From Candidatus Uhrbacteria bacterium (GTDB lineage Bacteria > Patescibacteriota > Patescibacteriia > UBA9934 > GWF2-40-263): a stretch of DNA of 64,000 bases. Location: the NCBI GenBank assembly GCA_037131775.1, contig JBAXQK010000002.1, positions 87,493 through 151,492 of the forward strand, read 5' to 3'. This document shows positions 46,226 through 55,662 of the stretch, one piece after another. The first letter of the stretch is position 1; each line of letters begins with the position of its first letter. Both the position numbers and the translations under genes were made by a program. The notes under the pieces were generated by a model, which saw only the letters and a program-made list of their open reading frames with translations, was not told the origin of the DNA and did no database searches.

Positions 46226-47635
46226 TCATACCGCCCCGAACCACCTGACCACGTGCAAGATCACCGACGACACCGCGATTGCCGGGACGGCGACGATCGT
46301 TCCGACTGAGGGGACGAGGAACCCGGCCGCGAGGGCGATTCCCGTCATGGCCATGAGCATAGGGACAAGCGGGAGGACGATGAGGTTGACCACGGGCGAC
46401 AGGAGCGACACCGAGCCGAAGTGCCAGAGCATGATGGGGAGCGTCGCGACGATCGCGGCCATGCTTCCCGCGAAGGACTTGCGGAGCTCGAATGCCTCGG
46501 GGATGAATTTGCAACGTTCCTCGATCCTCGACGACCAGCCGAGCATCGCGGCAGTCGCGACGAACGACAATTGGAATCCAACGTCGTCGAGAAGCAACAG
46601 CGGGTTCCACATGAGCATCGCAGCAAGCGCGAGGAGCGTTACGTTGAGGATCGACGGCTTGCGTCGAATCAAAAACCCGACGAGCGTCATCGCGCCCATG
46701 ATGCCGGCGCGAACGACGGCGGCCGAGGCGCCGGCGACGATGACGTAGGAGACGAGGAGCGCGGCGGTAAGGTACGCGCCCTTGCGGCGACCGAGGACGG
46801 TGTGGGTGATGAAACCGAGGAAGACCATCGAGAACAGCGAGACGTTGAACCCGGACGCGGCGAGGATGTGCGAGGTTCCCGTCGCGGAGAAATCGTCCTG
46901 GAGGTCCTTTGAGAGCGTCGAGCTTCCGCCAAAAATGAGTCCCGCGAGGAACGACGCATGCGGCTCGGGGACGATCATGCGGAGGCGGCCGATCACGACG
47001 CGCTTCACCGTCAACAACGTCGCGACGATCCCGCCGCTCGACGGTTTTACGTCGACGAACTTCGGAGAAAAACACAGCGCGAGCACGCCCTGGCTGCGGA
47101 GATACTTGTCGTACGCGAACGTGCCGATCTGCGTCGGAACCTGAGGCCTGCACTCGAACGTGAGCGTGTCGCCGTACGCGATGGGCGGGAACGCGTCGAG
47201 CCAGACTTGGAGTTTTCCGTCGACCGAGGCGTCGGCGACCGAAAGACCGTCGAGAATGACGCGCTGTCCCGTGCCCGTCTCAACGACCTCGGACGAGACC
47301 GTCCCAGCGATCCGCGACGACCGGTCGGCCGCGTCCGCGATAGTCGGGACGTTCGAAGGGACGAGTGCTTGGCCGTAGCGCCAGGCGCCGAGGAGGAAGA
47401 GGGCGAGGCACAGGGAAACAAGAAGGCGCGACGACCACCCCTGACCCCTCCTCCCTATGAGGATGGGGAACGTGACGACGAATACTGCGATTAGCAGCGC
47501 GCGGTCGAACCCGAGAAACAACGGCCCGACCAATATTCCAAACGAAAAACAGACCATCGCCGCCGCGAATGACTTCGACGGCGAGCGGACGATCTTAGAG
47601 AGCAGGGACATACGCAGGAAAGAGACAGGATACAA
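46226..47635 (-). CDS. ComEC/Rec2 competence membrane channel domain protein (DUF4131 plus Competence domain)
   Basis: 469 aa polytopic membrane protein typical of ComEC N-terminal/central regions; contains repeat copy 5 in-frame (FPILIGRRGQGWSS). Confidence 0.75.
   Translation of the reverse strand: MYPVSFLRMSLLSKIVRSPSKSFAAAMVCFSFGILVGPLFLGFDRALLIAVFVVTFPILIGRRGQGWSSRLLVSLCLALFLLGAWRYGQALVPSNVPTIADAADRSSRIAGTVSSEVVETGTGQRVILDGLSVADASVDGKLQVWLDAFPPIAYGDTLTFECRPQVPTQIGTFAYDKYLRSQGVLALCFSPKFVDVKPSSGGIVATLLTVKRVVIGRLRMIVPEPHASFLAGLIFGGSSTLSKDLQDDFSATGTSHILAASGFNVSLFSMVFLGFITHTVLGRRKGAYLTAALLVSYVIVAGASAAVVRAGIMGAMTLVGFLIRRKPSILNVTLLALAAMLMWNPLLLLDDVGFQLSFVATAAMLGWSSRIEERCKFIPEAFELRKSFAGSMAAIVATLPIMLWHFGSVSLLSPVVNLIVLPLVPMLMAMTGIALAAGFLVPSVGTIVAVPAIAVSSVILHVVRWFGAV
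47426..47472 (+). repeat. Hairpin repeat family 2, copy 5, inside the ComEC-membrane ORF
   Basis: GCGCGACGACCACCCCTGACCCCTCCTCCCTATGAGGATGGGGAACG (one stem mismatch). Confidence 0.8.
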
Positions 47636-47742
47636 GATTCAAGAGACAAGGAAATTTCAAGAAGCAGACTGTAAAAATTTAAATTTTGACCTTGGCACTT
47701 GATTTCTCTTTGCGTCTTGCCCATCTTGATTCTTGCCTCTTT

Positions 47743-49056
47743 CTATCGAATCCCAACCCCCCGATAAACAAACCCCATCCCCTTCAACCCCAACTCCGCC
47801 AGCAGGTTCCTCCCGTCGAACACATTCGGCTCGGCCATGCGCTCGCGGACGGCCTCGAACGAGACGTCAAGAAACTCGGGCCACTCGGTGAGGACGAGGA
47901 GCGCGTCCGCGCCAGTCGTCGCGTCCACCGCGGTCGGGGCGAACTGGACCTGCTCGGGCAACATGCGCTGGGCGAGCTCCATTCCCTGCGGATCGTACGC
48001 GACGATCTCGGCGCCGAGGCCGACGAGGCGCTGGACGATGTCGATCGCGGACGATCCGCGCACGTCGTCGGTCCCGCCCTTGAACGCAAGGCCCCACACC
48101 GCGAGGCGGCGCCCGCGAACTCCGTGCATCTGCTCGACGATGCGCGTGACGAATCGCTCGCGCTGCGCGTTGTTCACCTCGATCACCGCGGACAATAGCT
48201 TGAACTCATACCCGGTCGTGCCGGCCATCTGGTGGAGCGCGGACACGTCCTTCGGAAAGCACGATCCGCCGTAGCCGATTCCGGCCTGGAGGAAGTGCGG
48301 CCCGATCCGGCGGTCGAGCCCAACGGCGCGCGCGACCTCGCGAACGTCGGCGCCGGTGCGCTCGGCGATGTTGGCGATCTCATTGATGAAGGAAACCTTT
48401 GTCGCGAGCAGCGCGTTGGCCGCGTACTTGGTGAGCTCGGCGGATTCGAGCGAGAGGAGAACGCGCGGCGCCGTGATCCCGTCGTGCAATCGGTCGAGCG
48501 TCTGCTGGGCCACGGCGTCATCGGCTCCGATCACGATGCGGTCGGGCTCCATGAAATCCCTGAGCGCGAACCCCGGTCGCAAAAACTCCGGCAAGGACAC
48601 GACGTTGACGATCGTCGTCAGTGCCTCTCGTCCCGCCGCGCCCATCGCGCGACGAATCCGATCAAGCACCGCGCGGTTCGTCCCGACCGGCACGCTCGAC
48701 TTCACGACGACCAGCGCCTCGTGGTCGAGCAGCGACCCGATCGAGTCCGCCGCCGCCTCGACGTACGACAAGTCCGCGAACCCGTCCTTCCCCGCCGGCG
48801 TCCCCACCGCGATCATAATGATCTCGGCCCCGCCGATAACGGATTTCAAATCCGTCGTAAACACGATCCTCCCCGCCTCCTGCATCTCGCGCAAAAGCTC
48901 CGGCATGCCGGGCTCGTAGAAGGGAGTCTCGCCCAAGTCGAGGCGACCGACCTTTGCGGCATCCGTGTCGACGCAGGCGACGCGGTGGCCGAGTTTCGCG
49001 AATCCGAGGCCCGTAACGAGGCCAACGTAGCCGGTGCCGATCATGACTAGGTTCAT
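47743..49056 (-). CDS. ugd: UDP-glucose 6-dehydrogenase (nucleotide-sugar dehydrogenase family)
   Basis: MNLVMIGTGYVGLVTG..., GYGGSCFPKD catalytic Cys motif. Confidence 0.9.
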   Translation of the reverse strand: MNLVMIGTGYVGLVTGLGFAKLGHRVACVDTDAAKVGRLDLGETPFYEPGMPELLREMQEAGRIVFTTDLKSVIGGAEIIMIAVGTPAGKDGFADLSYVEAAADSIGSLLDHEALVVVKSSVPVGTNRAVLDRIRRAMGAAGREALTTIVNVVSLPEFLRPGFALRDFMEPDRIVIGADDAVAQQTLDRLHDGITAPRVLLSLESAELTKYAANALLATKVSFINEIANIAERTGADVREVARAVGLDRRIGPHFLQAGIGYGGSCFPKDVSALHQMAGTTGYEFKLLSAVIEVNNAQRERFVTRIVEQMHGVRGRRLAVWGLAFKGGTDDVRGSSAIDIVQRLVGLGAEIVAYDPQGMELAQRMLPEQVQFAPTAVDATTGADALLVLTEWPEFLDVSFEAVRERMAEPNVFDGRNLLAELGLKGMGFVYRGVGIR

Positions 49057-49235
49057 ACAGTTCGACTGCGCTCAGTGTGGATAGTGTGGGAAGGGTAACA
49101 AAAGGCTTGGAAAACTACAAACTGACGTAGTTTTTTATGTGGTTTGCCACCACACCGCCATTCCGAAAGGGCGGGGCGACCGCATGGTGTTGCGCAATTG
49201 TTTTTGGCTGATGCAGCTCCTTTTCCTTTCCCTCA

Positions 49236-49282
49236 CGTTTCCCCTCCTGATAGGCAGGAGGGGTCAGGGGTGGTCGTCGCGC
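49236..49282 (-). repeat. Hairpin repeat family 2, copy 6 (inverted)
   Basis: CGTTTCCCCTCCTGATAGGCAGGAGGGGTCAGGGGTGGTCGTCGCGC. Confidence 0.8.
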
Positions 49283-49575
49283 CGTAAAATCAAGAAGACT
49301 TCCATCCGGTCGCCGCCCTGCCGGAGCGACCCAGCCAGGACGTAAAAATCTGACGGCGGCGTCAGCCGGGCGAGGATTGTCTGAGCGTACGAGCCCGCAG
49401 GCGAGAAGCGAGTTCCGCAGCGAGTCAGATTTTTGCGCCCTGGCGTAGGAGCGGATGGCCGGGCGGAAGCGGCTTTCTTTGGTTACTTTCTTTTCCGCCC
49501 AAAAGAAAGTAACGCCCGTGGCGGCGAGCCACAAAAGGAAAAGCGGGGCATCAGCCCCGCAATGGAAACAGACAC

Positions 49576-49788
49576 CTATGCCTGTTCCAGCTCCAACAAC
49601 CCATCAATTGCACTAACGGCCCGTTGCGCGACATGTGCCTGGTTCACGCGGTACGTGGCGAGCGCGGTACCGAGTTCCATCACCGCCGCGTCGTCCATCT
49701 CTGGCAGACTCGCGAGGAGAGCTTTCTTTTGTTCCGGTTCCAGATCGACCTCCTCGATGAGAACCTTCAGCGCATCGCGTGGGCTCAT
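49576..49788 (-). CDS. Small hypothetical acidic protein
   Basis: 70 aa; ATGA overlap with the upstream 192-aa gene. Confidence 0.4.
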   Translation of the reverse strand: MSPRDALKVLIEEVDLEPEQKKALLASLPEMDDAAVMELGTALATYRVNQAHVAQRAVSAIDGLLELEQA

Positions 49789-50363
49789 ACGGTTCCCCCG
49801 TCAGCGGAGAATACGTCGATGGCGTTCTGCACCTTCGGCTCAATGACCGCCTGCGCGGCCGCGATCTCGCGGATCCGCTTGTAGGCGGCCCAGACGCGAG
49901 GGATGTCTTTGTTCATCTGCATGACGCCCTCGATTGTGCGCATGGGAAGGAATCCGCCAGAGCAGAGCTCGAGGATCTGGAAAAAGACCGAGGTACGCAA
50001 CTTCACGTGCGGCGTAAGATCGAACGCCTGGATCGCCGAAGTTTTTCCGTCCTTGTCTTTTTTGGCGGGCCCGTGAAACCACTTTGCCAGCTTGTCCAAC
50101 TTTGCCACCCCCTTCAGCACCGTCGCGGAAAAAGTGAACGGAAGCCCGAGGGACATGGACAGGTCGCCGCACGCGAGCGCGGCGTTGAGCGACGTGCGAA
50201 TGGCCGCCTTCGTTCCCTCCGCGACGGTCGGATCGTTCAGATATGGCTCCATCTCCTCGACAAGCCTTTCGTATTTCGTGCGAAACTGATCGTACGCCAA
50301 TATTGAGTCCCGAAGACTCATGTCCACGGACTCCATCATCGTCCTCTCTCCGCGTCCTTCCAT
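49785..50363 (-). CDS. Hypothetical protein co-transcribed downstream of leuS
   Basis: 192 aa; start 2 nt from the leuS stop. Confidence 0.45.
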   Translation of the reverse strand: MEGRGERTMMESVDMSLRDSILAYDQFRTKYERLVEEMEPYLNDPTVAEGTKAAIRTSLNAALACGDLSMSLGLPFTFSATVLKGVAKLDKLAKWFHGPAKKDKDGKTSAIQAFDLTPHVKLRTSVFFQILELCSGGFLPMRTIEGVMQMNKDIPRVWAAYKRIREIAAAQAVIEPKVQNAIDVFSADGGTV

Positions 50364-50364
50364 A

Positions 50365-52818
50365 TTATTTTACGACAATGTTGATCAACCTCCCCGGCAC
50401 GTAAATCACCTTGACGATCTCCACCCCTTCCAAAAACTTCGCAACATTCTCCGTCGCCACCGCGCGATCCTGGACGTCCTTCTCGTTCGACGACGGATCC
50501 ATCTGGATCGTCCCGCGCAGCTTGCCGTTCACCTGCACCGCGATCGCGACGAGATCGTCGACGAGCATCGCCTCGTCGAATGTCGGCCACGCCTCGTCGA
50601 ACACGCTCGACGCATTTCCAAGGTCGTGCCAGATCTCCTCGCCAAGATGCGGCGCGAAGGTCGCGAGCAGTTTGACGAACGACCCGTACGCGTCGCGCGG
50701 GATCGTCTCGGCGGTCTGCAGCGCGTTCGCGCAGATCATCATCGCGGAGATCGCCGTGTTGAACTTCATCGCATCGATGTCCTCCGAGACTTTTTTGATC
50801 GTCTTGTGAACCGCGCGCATCGCGTCGGAGTTGTCACCGTCGACGACCCTCTCCCGCATCATCCAAACCTTGTCGAGGAACCGTCGCACGCCGACGATGC
50901 CGCTCGTGTCCCACGGCTTCGCGTCCTCGAGCGGACCCATGAACATCTCGTAAAGGCGGAGCGCGTCGGCTCCGTACTGTTCGACGACTTCGTCCGGATT
51001 CACGACATTTCCTCGTGATTTCGACATCTTTTCGCCGTCCGGGCCGAGGATCAGGCCTTGGTTGCGAAGCTTGAGGAACGGCTCCTCGAAGTCGAGATAG
51101 CCGAGATCGTGCAGCGCGTAGGCAAAAAATCGCGAGTACAAAAGATGCATCACCGCGTGCTCGGCGCCGCCGACGTAGAGGTCGACCGGGCACCATTGCC
51201 TCAATGCCTCGGGCTCGGCGAAGACTTCCGCGTTCATCGAGTCGACGTAGCGCAAGTAGTACCACGACGAGTCGACGAACGTGTCCATCGTGTCGGACTC
51301 GCGACGCGCGGGACCGGAGCACTTCGGACAGACGACGTCATGGAACGTCACGGAGTCGACGAGCGGGGACTTCCCCGTCGGCTTGAAGTCGACGTCGCGC
51401 GGCAACAGCACCGGCAGCGCGGACGGCTCCACCGGCTGAACCCCGCACGTCTCGCACCACGCCATCGGGATCGGCGCGCCCCAGTAGCGCTGTCGAGAAA
51501 CGAGCCAGTCGCGCAGATGATAGTTCGTCACGCGCTTTCCCTTTCCGGCCGACTCGACCGCGGTCGCGATCGCATTCTTTCCTTCCGTGGAGGTCAGTCC
51601 GTCGAATGCCCCCGAGTTTACGAGGATCCCCGCGTCGCAATACGCCGCGGACGCGAAGTCGTGCTCCGTCGTCCCCGCCGGCGTCGCGATTACCTGGTGA
51701 ACCGGCAACGAATACTTGTACGCAAACAGATAGTCGCGATCGTCGTGCGCCGGCACCCCCATCACCGCGCCCGTCCCGTAGTTCACAAGCACGTAGTCCG
51801 AAATCCAAATCGGCACCTCCTCGCCCGTGAGCGGATGCTTGGCGTACGTTCCCGTGAACACGCCGGCCTTGTCCTTTTCCAGCTGCGTGCGCTCAAGCTC
51901 GGACTTCTTGCGCGCCTGGTCGCGGTAGGCGACCACGGCCTCGCGGTTCTCGACGGTCGTCAGCGCGTCTACGAGCGGATGCTCCGGCGCGAGGACGATG
52001 TAGGAAACGCCGAACAGCGTGTCGATGCGCGTCGTGAACACCGGAATCGAAAACTCCGCCTCGTGCACGCGCTCGGCCCCCGGCTCGCCGATCATCTCGC
52101 CCTTCAGTCCGCGGAACTCGACCTCGACGCCTTCGCTCCGACCGATCCAATTCTTCTGCATCGTCTTGATGCGCTCGGGCCAGTCGACCGTTTCGATCCC
52201 GGCGAGGAGACGGTCCGCATATTTCGTGATGCGGAAAAACCATTGCTCCAAGTCCTTCTGCACGACGACGGTCGAGCAACGATCGCATTTGCCATCGACC
52301 ACCTGCTCGTTCGCGAGGACGGTCACGCACCCGTCGCACCAGTTCACCGGAGCCTTCGCGCGATACGCCAGATCGTTCTTGTAAAACAGCAGGAACATCC
52401 ACTGCGTCCACTTGTAGTACGCCGGGTCCGCGGTTGACAATTCGCGCGACCAGTCGAACGAAAGCCCGAGCGACTTCATCTGGCGCCGGAAGTTCCCGAT
52501 CGCCTTGTCCGTCGTCTCCGCCGGATGCACGCCCGTCTTGATCGCATAGTTCTCCGCCGGCAGCCCGAACGCGTCGAATCCGATCGGAAACAGCACGTCG
52601 TGCCCCTCCATGCGCTTCTTCCGCGCGACAATGTCCATCGCGGTGTACGACTCGACGTGCCCGACGTGCAGCCCGGAGCCGGACGGATACGGAAACATGG
52701 TGAGCAGGTACAGCGGATCCCTGCCATCCGACGATTTTCCCGTCGTCTTCCCCGCCCCCGTCTTTTCCCATTCCCCCTGCCACTTCGGCTCGATCTCAAG
52801 ATGGTTGTAACTTGGCAT
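50365..52818 (-). CDS. leuS: Leucyl-tRNA synthetase
   Basis: MPSYNHLEIEPKWQ..., HIGH (YPSGSGLHVGH) and KMSKS motifs; about 817 aa. Confidence 0.97.
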   Translation of the reverse strand: MPSYNHLEIEPKWQGEWEKTGAGKTTGKSSDGRDPLYLLTMFPYPSGSGLHVGHVESYTAMDIVARKKRMEGHDVLFPIGFDAFGLPAENYAIKTGVHPAETTDKAIGNFRRQMKSLGLSFDWSRELSTADPAYYKWTQWMFLLFYKNDLAYRAKAPVNWCDGCVTVLANEQVVDGKCDRCSTVVVQKDLEQWFFRITKYADRLLAGIETVDWPERIKTMQKNWIGRSEGVEVEFRGLKGEMIGEPGAERVHEAEFSIPVFTTRIDTLFGVSYIVLAPEHPLVDALTTVENREAVVAYRDQARKKSELERTQLEKDKAGVFTGTYAKHPLTGEEVPIWISDYVLVNYGTGAVMGVPAHDDRDYLFAYKYSLPVHQVIATPAGTTEHDFASAAYCDAGILVNSGAFDGLTSTEGKNAIATAVESAGKGKRVTNYHLRDWLVSRQRYWGAPIPMAWCETCGVQPVEPSALPVLLPRDVDFKPTGKSPLVDSVTFHDVVCPKCSGPARRESDTMDTFVDSSWYYLRYVDSMNAEVFAEPEALRQWCPVDLYVGGAEHAVMHLLYSRFFAYALHDLGYLDFEEPFLKLRNQGLILGPDGEKMSKSRGNVVNPDEVVEQYGADALRLYEMFMGPLEDAKPWDTSGIVGVRRFLDKVWMMRERVVDGDNSDAMRAVHKTIKKVSEDIDAMKFNTAISAMMICANALQTAETIPRDAYGSFVKLLATFAPHLGEEIWHDLGNASSVFDEAWPTFDEAMLVDDLVAIAVQVNGKLRGTIQMDPSSNEKDVQDRAVATENVAKFLEGVEIVKVIYVPGRLINIVVK

Positions 52819-52902
52819 AGTGGCAAGATCGTAACACGGACGCGGAAACAAAAAAAGACGGTCGAAACCGTGCTATACTGTCCGTAATTCACTCATCATC
52901 CT

Positions 52903-55620
52903 ATGGACAAGAAGGGCAAGCCACCTGAGGGCGCAATGGAGGAGACGACGGCGGTCGACGACGCGCGACGACCACCCCTGACCCCTCCTCCCTATGAGGA
53001 GGGGAAACGTAGGGTATCGAGGAAGACCGTCGAGAGTGCCGCGGCGATTACGGCGGCGGCGATGGGGATTGCGCATGCGGTGATTGAGGTTCCGAAGGAG
53101 GGACCGACGGCGGACGAGTCGTCCGAGGCGAAGGGCGAAGATGCCGAACATCCGGAATGGAAATACAACGCGGTCGGCGAAATCGTGCGCGAGACCGTCT
53201 TTCACGACGAGAACTCGACGGGCGGCGTGCAAGACCAGTACGTCAGCCTGTTCAAGACGGTCTTTTCGTCGCCGAAGGGAACGTGCGTCTATTACGACAC
53301 GCTGGGCAACGTCCTGCTGGTCGACAAGATGCCGGACGTCCTGGCGCAACTGGCCGAGTCAATCGAGAAGGGCGCCGGCACGAAAAAAGAGCTGGACGCG
53401 ATGACGAAGACCTGGAAAGACAAGGTCCAGGCATGGCACAACGCGAACCGAAAGAAAATCTCGGCCGTGACCGTGACGCCCTCCGACTACGACGACAAGT
53501 GGGCATATCCGTTCGTCGCGAGCCCCGTGCTCAAGAACATGCCCGCCGAATCGGAAGCGACCTCCCTGATCGAGGGGATTCGTGAACGGCTCGTGGAAAA
53601 GACGAAGAGTCCGGAGAATGGCCCGTCTTACTTCGACGGCGCGGAGCGTTCGATCTACGACGGCATCTCCGAGATTGCGAAAGCGTACGACATTCCGCTT
53701 GCCATCGCGCTTGGCATCGCCGCGAACGAAAGCACGTTCAACCGGACGGCCCACTCGGATGCCGGCGCGAACGGAATCTATCAGGTTACGGAAAAAGGGT
53801 TCGGCGACGCCAAGGCGTACATCGCCAAGCATCCCGAGCTCGGGGCGGCCGTCCGATCGGGATCCATCGGGTCGTACGAGGACTCCTGGAAGGACCGCTT
53901 CGTCAGCGCCGAGCTGTGCTGCGCGTACTATCTGCTCATCCAGGGGCGCATGCGCAAGAAGCTCGACGCGCTCGAGACGCGCCTGCTCACGCTCGACCCG
54001 ACCTTTCCCGTGGGAACGTTCCTCGACATCGCCACGATCAATTCCTACAACGCCGGCGACGGGCGCATGCGTGACTGCATCGACCGGTTCCTGTCCCTTT
54101 CCGACGACGAGATCGTTGCACACATCGGCGATCCGGAATACGGCGCGGACGTCTGGCTCGGCGTGGTCGGCCTCTCGTACGGGCTCACGGACGACGGAAA
54201 ATTTTCGAACGTGGGAAAGGACAGCTTCCTGTATCCGCAAAAAATCCTCGCCATGGGATCGCTCATCATGGACGCGCAGAACGCGATGTCCGCGGTCGAC
54301 CGCGACCGGGAGGACGAGGGCGTCGACGCAGGCGACTTCGTTCCCGACTCGGCGACGCGCCGCGGTTTCTGGAGGAACCTGTCCGTCGCCACCGGCATTG
54401 CGGGCGTCCTTGGCGGAATATTTTCCGGCAACGGCGCGGTCCGCGACATTCGCTCGGAACCTCTGAACACAAGCGTGAGCAGACGGAATTTGCTGAAAGG
54501 GACGGCAAAGGCCACGGCCGCGGTCATCGGAGTCACCTCCCCCGTCATTCGCGCCGGGGCGGACTGGCTCGATTCGCGCCCTGTGACGGAGACTCCGCCT
54601 GAAGTGCCTCCCGTGTCCCCGGAACAGCCGTACGCTCCCGTCGAGCTTGAGCCACTGAAGGACGTGGAAGCGGCCGCGACCGTCTCGCTGGACGCGGTGT
54701 ACGAGACGCTTTTGGAACGAGCCGCGCAGAAGAAAACGGGATGGACCCCCGAGGAATCCAAGCGAAACAACAACCTCTTTCCCGTTCCAGAAAATCGCAG
54801 GATGCTCAAAGAGCGATTCATCGCCATGTTTGGAAAGGACCTGGTAAAGAAATTCAAGGCATCCGAAGGCGACACGTTCGAAAGCCGCGCGCATCTGTAC
54901 GACGAGGCTCGCGCCCAGCAGGTCGCCTACATCGAACGGCAGGTTTCCACGGGAAGCTTCGTTCGTCTTGCGGAAGACGACCCGACGAAGCCGTACTTCT
55001 GCGAACAGGTCGACTCGCTCTCGGGTATCAAGAACAACCCGGACGGACTCTTTCTCCGCAAGGAATTTATTCCGGTGATCGGAACGCTGATTGAACTCGT
55101 CAATTACCAGATCGACAAGTTCAATGCCAACAATCTGTACTACGGCATCCATGGGGACAGTTTCCCGACCCTTCCGTACATCTCCGCCTTGAAAATCAGC
55201 GGAGCCCTCCGATCGACGCTTACCACGAAGGGACAGTTCGCGTCTGGAAAAGGAAAGGACACGACTCCCGGGATGACTCCGCATTGGCTTGGAAGCGCAA
55301 TGGACATCTCTTCGTTCGCGACCGTGCCGCACAAGGACAAGAAGTCGGGAAAGATGGTGGGTCCGATGGGACACATGGCCCGGCTGGATGGCGACCTACT
55401 GGCAAAGAAAGGCGGACGGGTCATCGTTCGTCGCGGAGAAAAGCTAAACAACGGCGGCGACGGGGCAACGACCCGCGACATACTCACGCACATGATCGGC
55501 CGCGCGCTTTTCGCGATGCGCGACCCGCTGATGGAACTGTACGGGATTGAGATTCAGCCAAAGTGGGAGAATCCTGCCAAGAACTGGCACGTCGCGCTGG
55601 AGGCAAAGGATGCGAAGTAA
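52903..55620 (+). CDS. Large multidomain cell-wall hydrolase: lytic transglycosylase (SLT) domain plus C-terminal M15 (VanY-like) peptidase domain
   Basis: AANESTFNRTAHSDAGANGIYQV is the SLT catalytic motif; C-terminal HWLGSAMDIS (HxxGxAxD) and NWHVALE (WH); one internal TM; true start may lie downstream of the repeat. Confidence 0.65.
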   Translation: MDKKGKPPEGAMEETTAVDDARRPPLTPPPYEEGKRRVSRKTVESAAAITAAAMGIAHAVIEVPKEGPTADESSEAKGEDAEHPEWKYNAVGEIVRETVFHDENSTGGVQDQYVSLFKTVFSSPKGTCVYYDTLGNVLLVDKMPDVLAQLAESIEKGAGTKKELDAMTKTWKDKVQAWHNANRKKISAVTVTPSDYDDKWAYPFVASPVLKNMPAESEATSLIEGIRERLVEKTKSPENGPSYFDGAERSIYDGISEIAKAYDIPLAIALGIAANESTFNRTAHSDAGANGIYQVTEKGFGDAKAYIAKHPELGAAVRSGSIGSYEDSWKDRFVSAELCCAYYLLIQGRMRKKLDALETRLLTLDPTFPVGTFLDIATINSYNAGDGRMRDCIDRFLSLSDDEIVAHIGDPEYGADVWLGVVGLSYGLTDDGKFSNVGKDSFLYPQKILAMGSLIMDAQNAMSAVDRDREDEGVDAGDFVPDSATRRGFWRNLSVATGIAGVLGGIFSGNGAVRDIRSEPLNTSVSRRNLLKGTAKATAAVIGVTSPVIRAGADWLDSRPVTETPPEVPPVSPEQPYAPVELEPLKDVEAAATVSLDAVYETLLERAAQKKTGWTPEESKRNNNLFPVPENRRMLKERFIAMFGKDLVKKFKASEGDTFESRAHLYDEARAQQVAYIERQVSTGSFVRLAEDDPTKPYFCEQVDSLSGIKNNPDGLFLRKEFIPVIGTLIELVNYQIDKFNANNLYYGIHGDSFPTLPYISALKISGALRSTLTTKGQFASGKGKDTTPGMTPHWLGSAMDISSFATVPHKDKKSGKMVGPMGHMARLDGDLLAKKGGRVIVRRGEKLNNGGDGATTRDILTHMIGRALFAMRDPLMELYGIEIQPKWENPAKNWHVALEAKDAK
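52963..53009 (+). repeat. Hairpin repeat family 2, copy 7 (in the 5' part of the large hydrolase ORF)
   Basis: GCGCGACGACCACCCCTGACCCCTCCTCCCTATGAGGAGGGGAAACG. Confidence 0.8.
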
Positions 55621-55622
55621 CG

Positions 55623-55658
55623 AAAATACGGCTGACGCGATCGCGTCAGCCGTATTTT
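55623..55658. terminator. Perfect 18-bp-stem palindrome between convergent genes (bidirectional terminator)
   Basis: AAAATACGGCTGACGCGA/TCGCGTCAGCCGTATTTT. Confidence 0.6.
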
Positions 55659-55662
55659 CGAC

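Noticed and set aside
46152-47494. Plus-strand ORFs translating family-2 repeats (for example 46958..47494 with RRPPLTPPPYEDGE, 49139..49345, 41566..41823, 52873..53349)
   Set aside because: Their only distinctive segments are repeat-encoded; the rest is antisense to ComEC, ugd or leuS.
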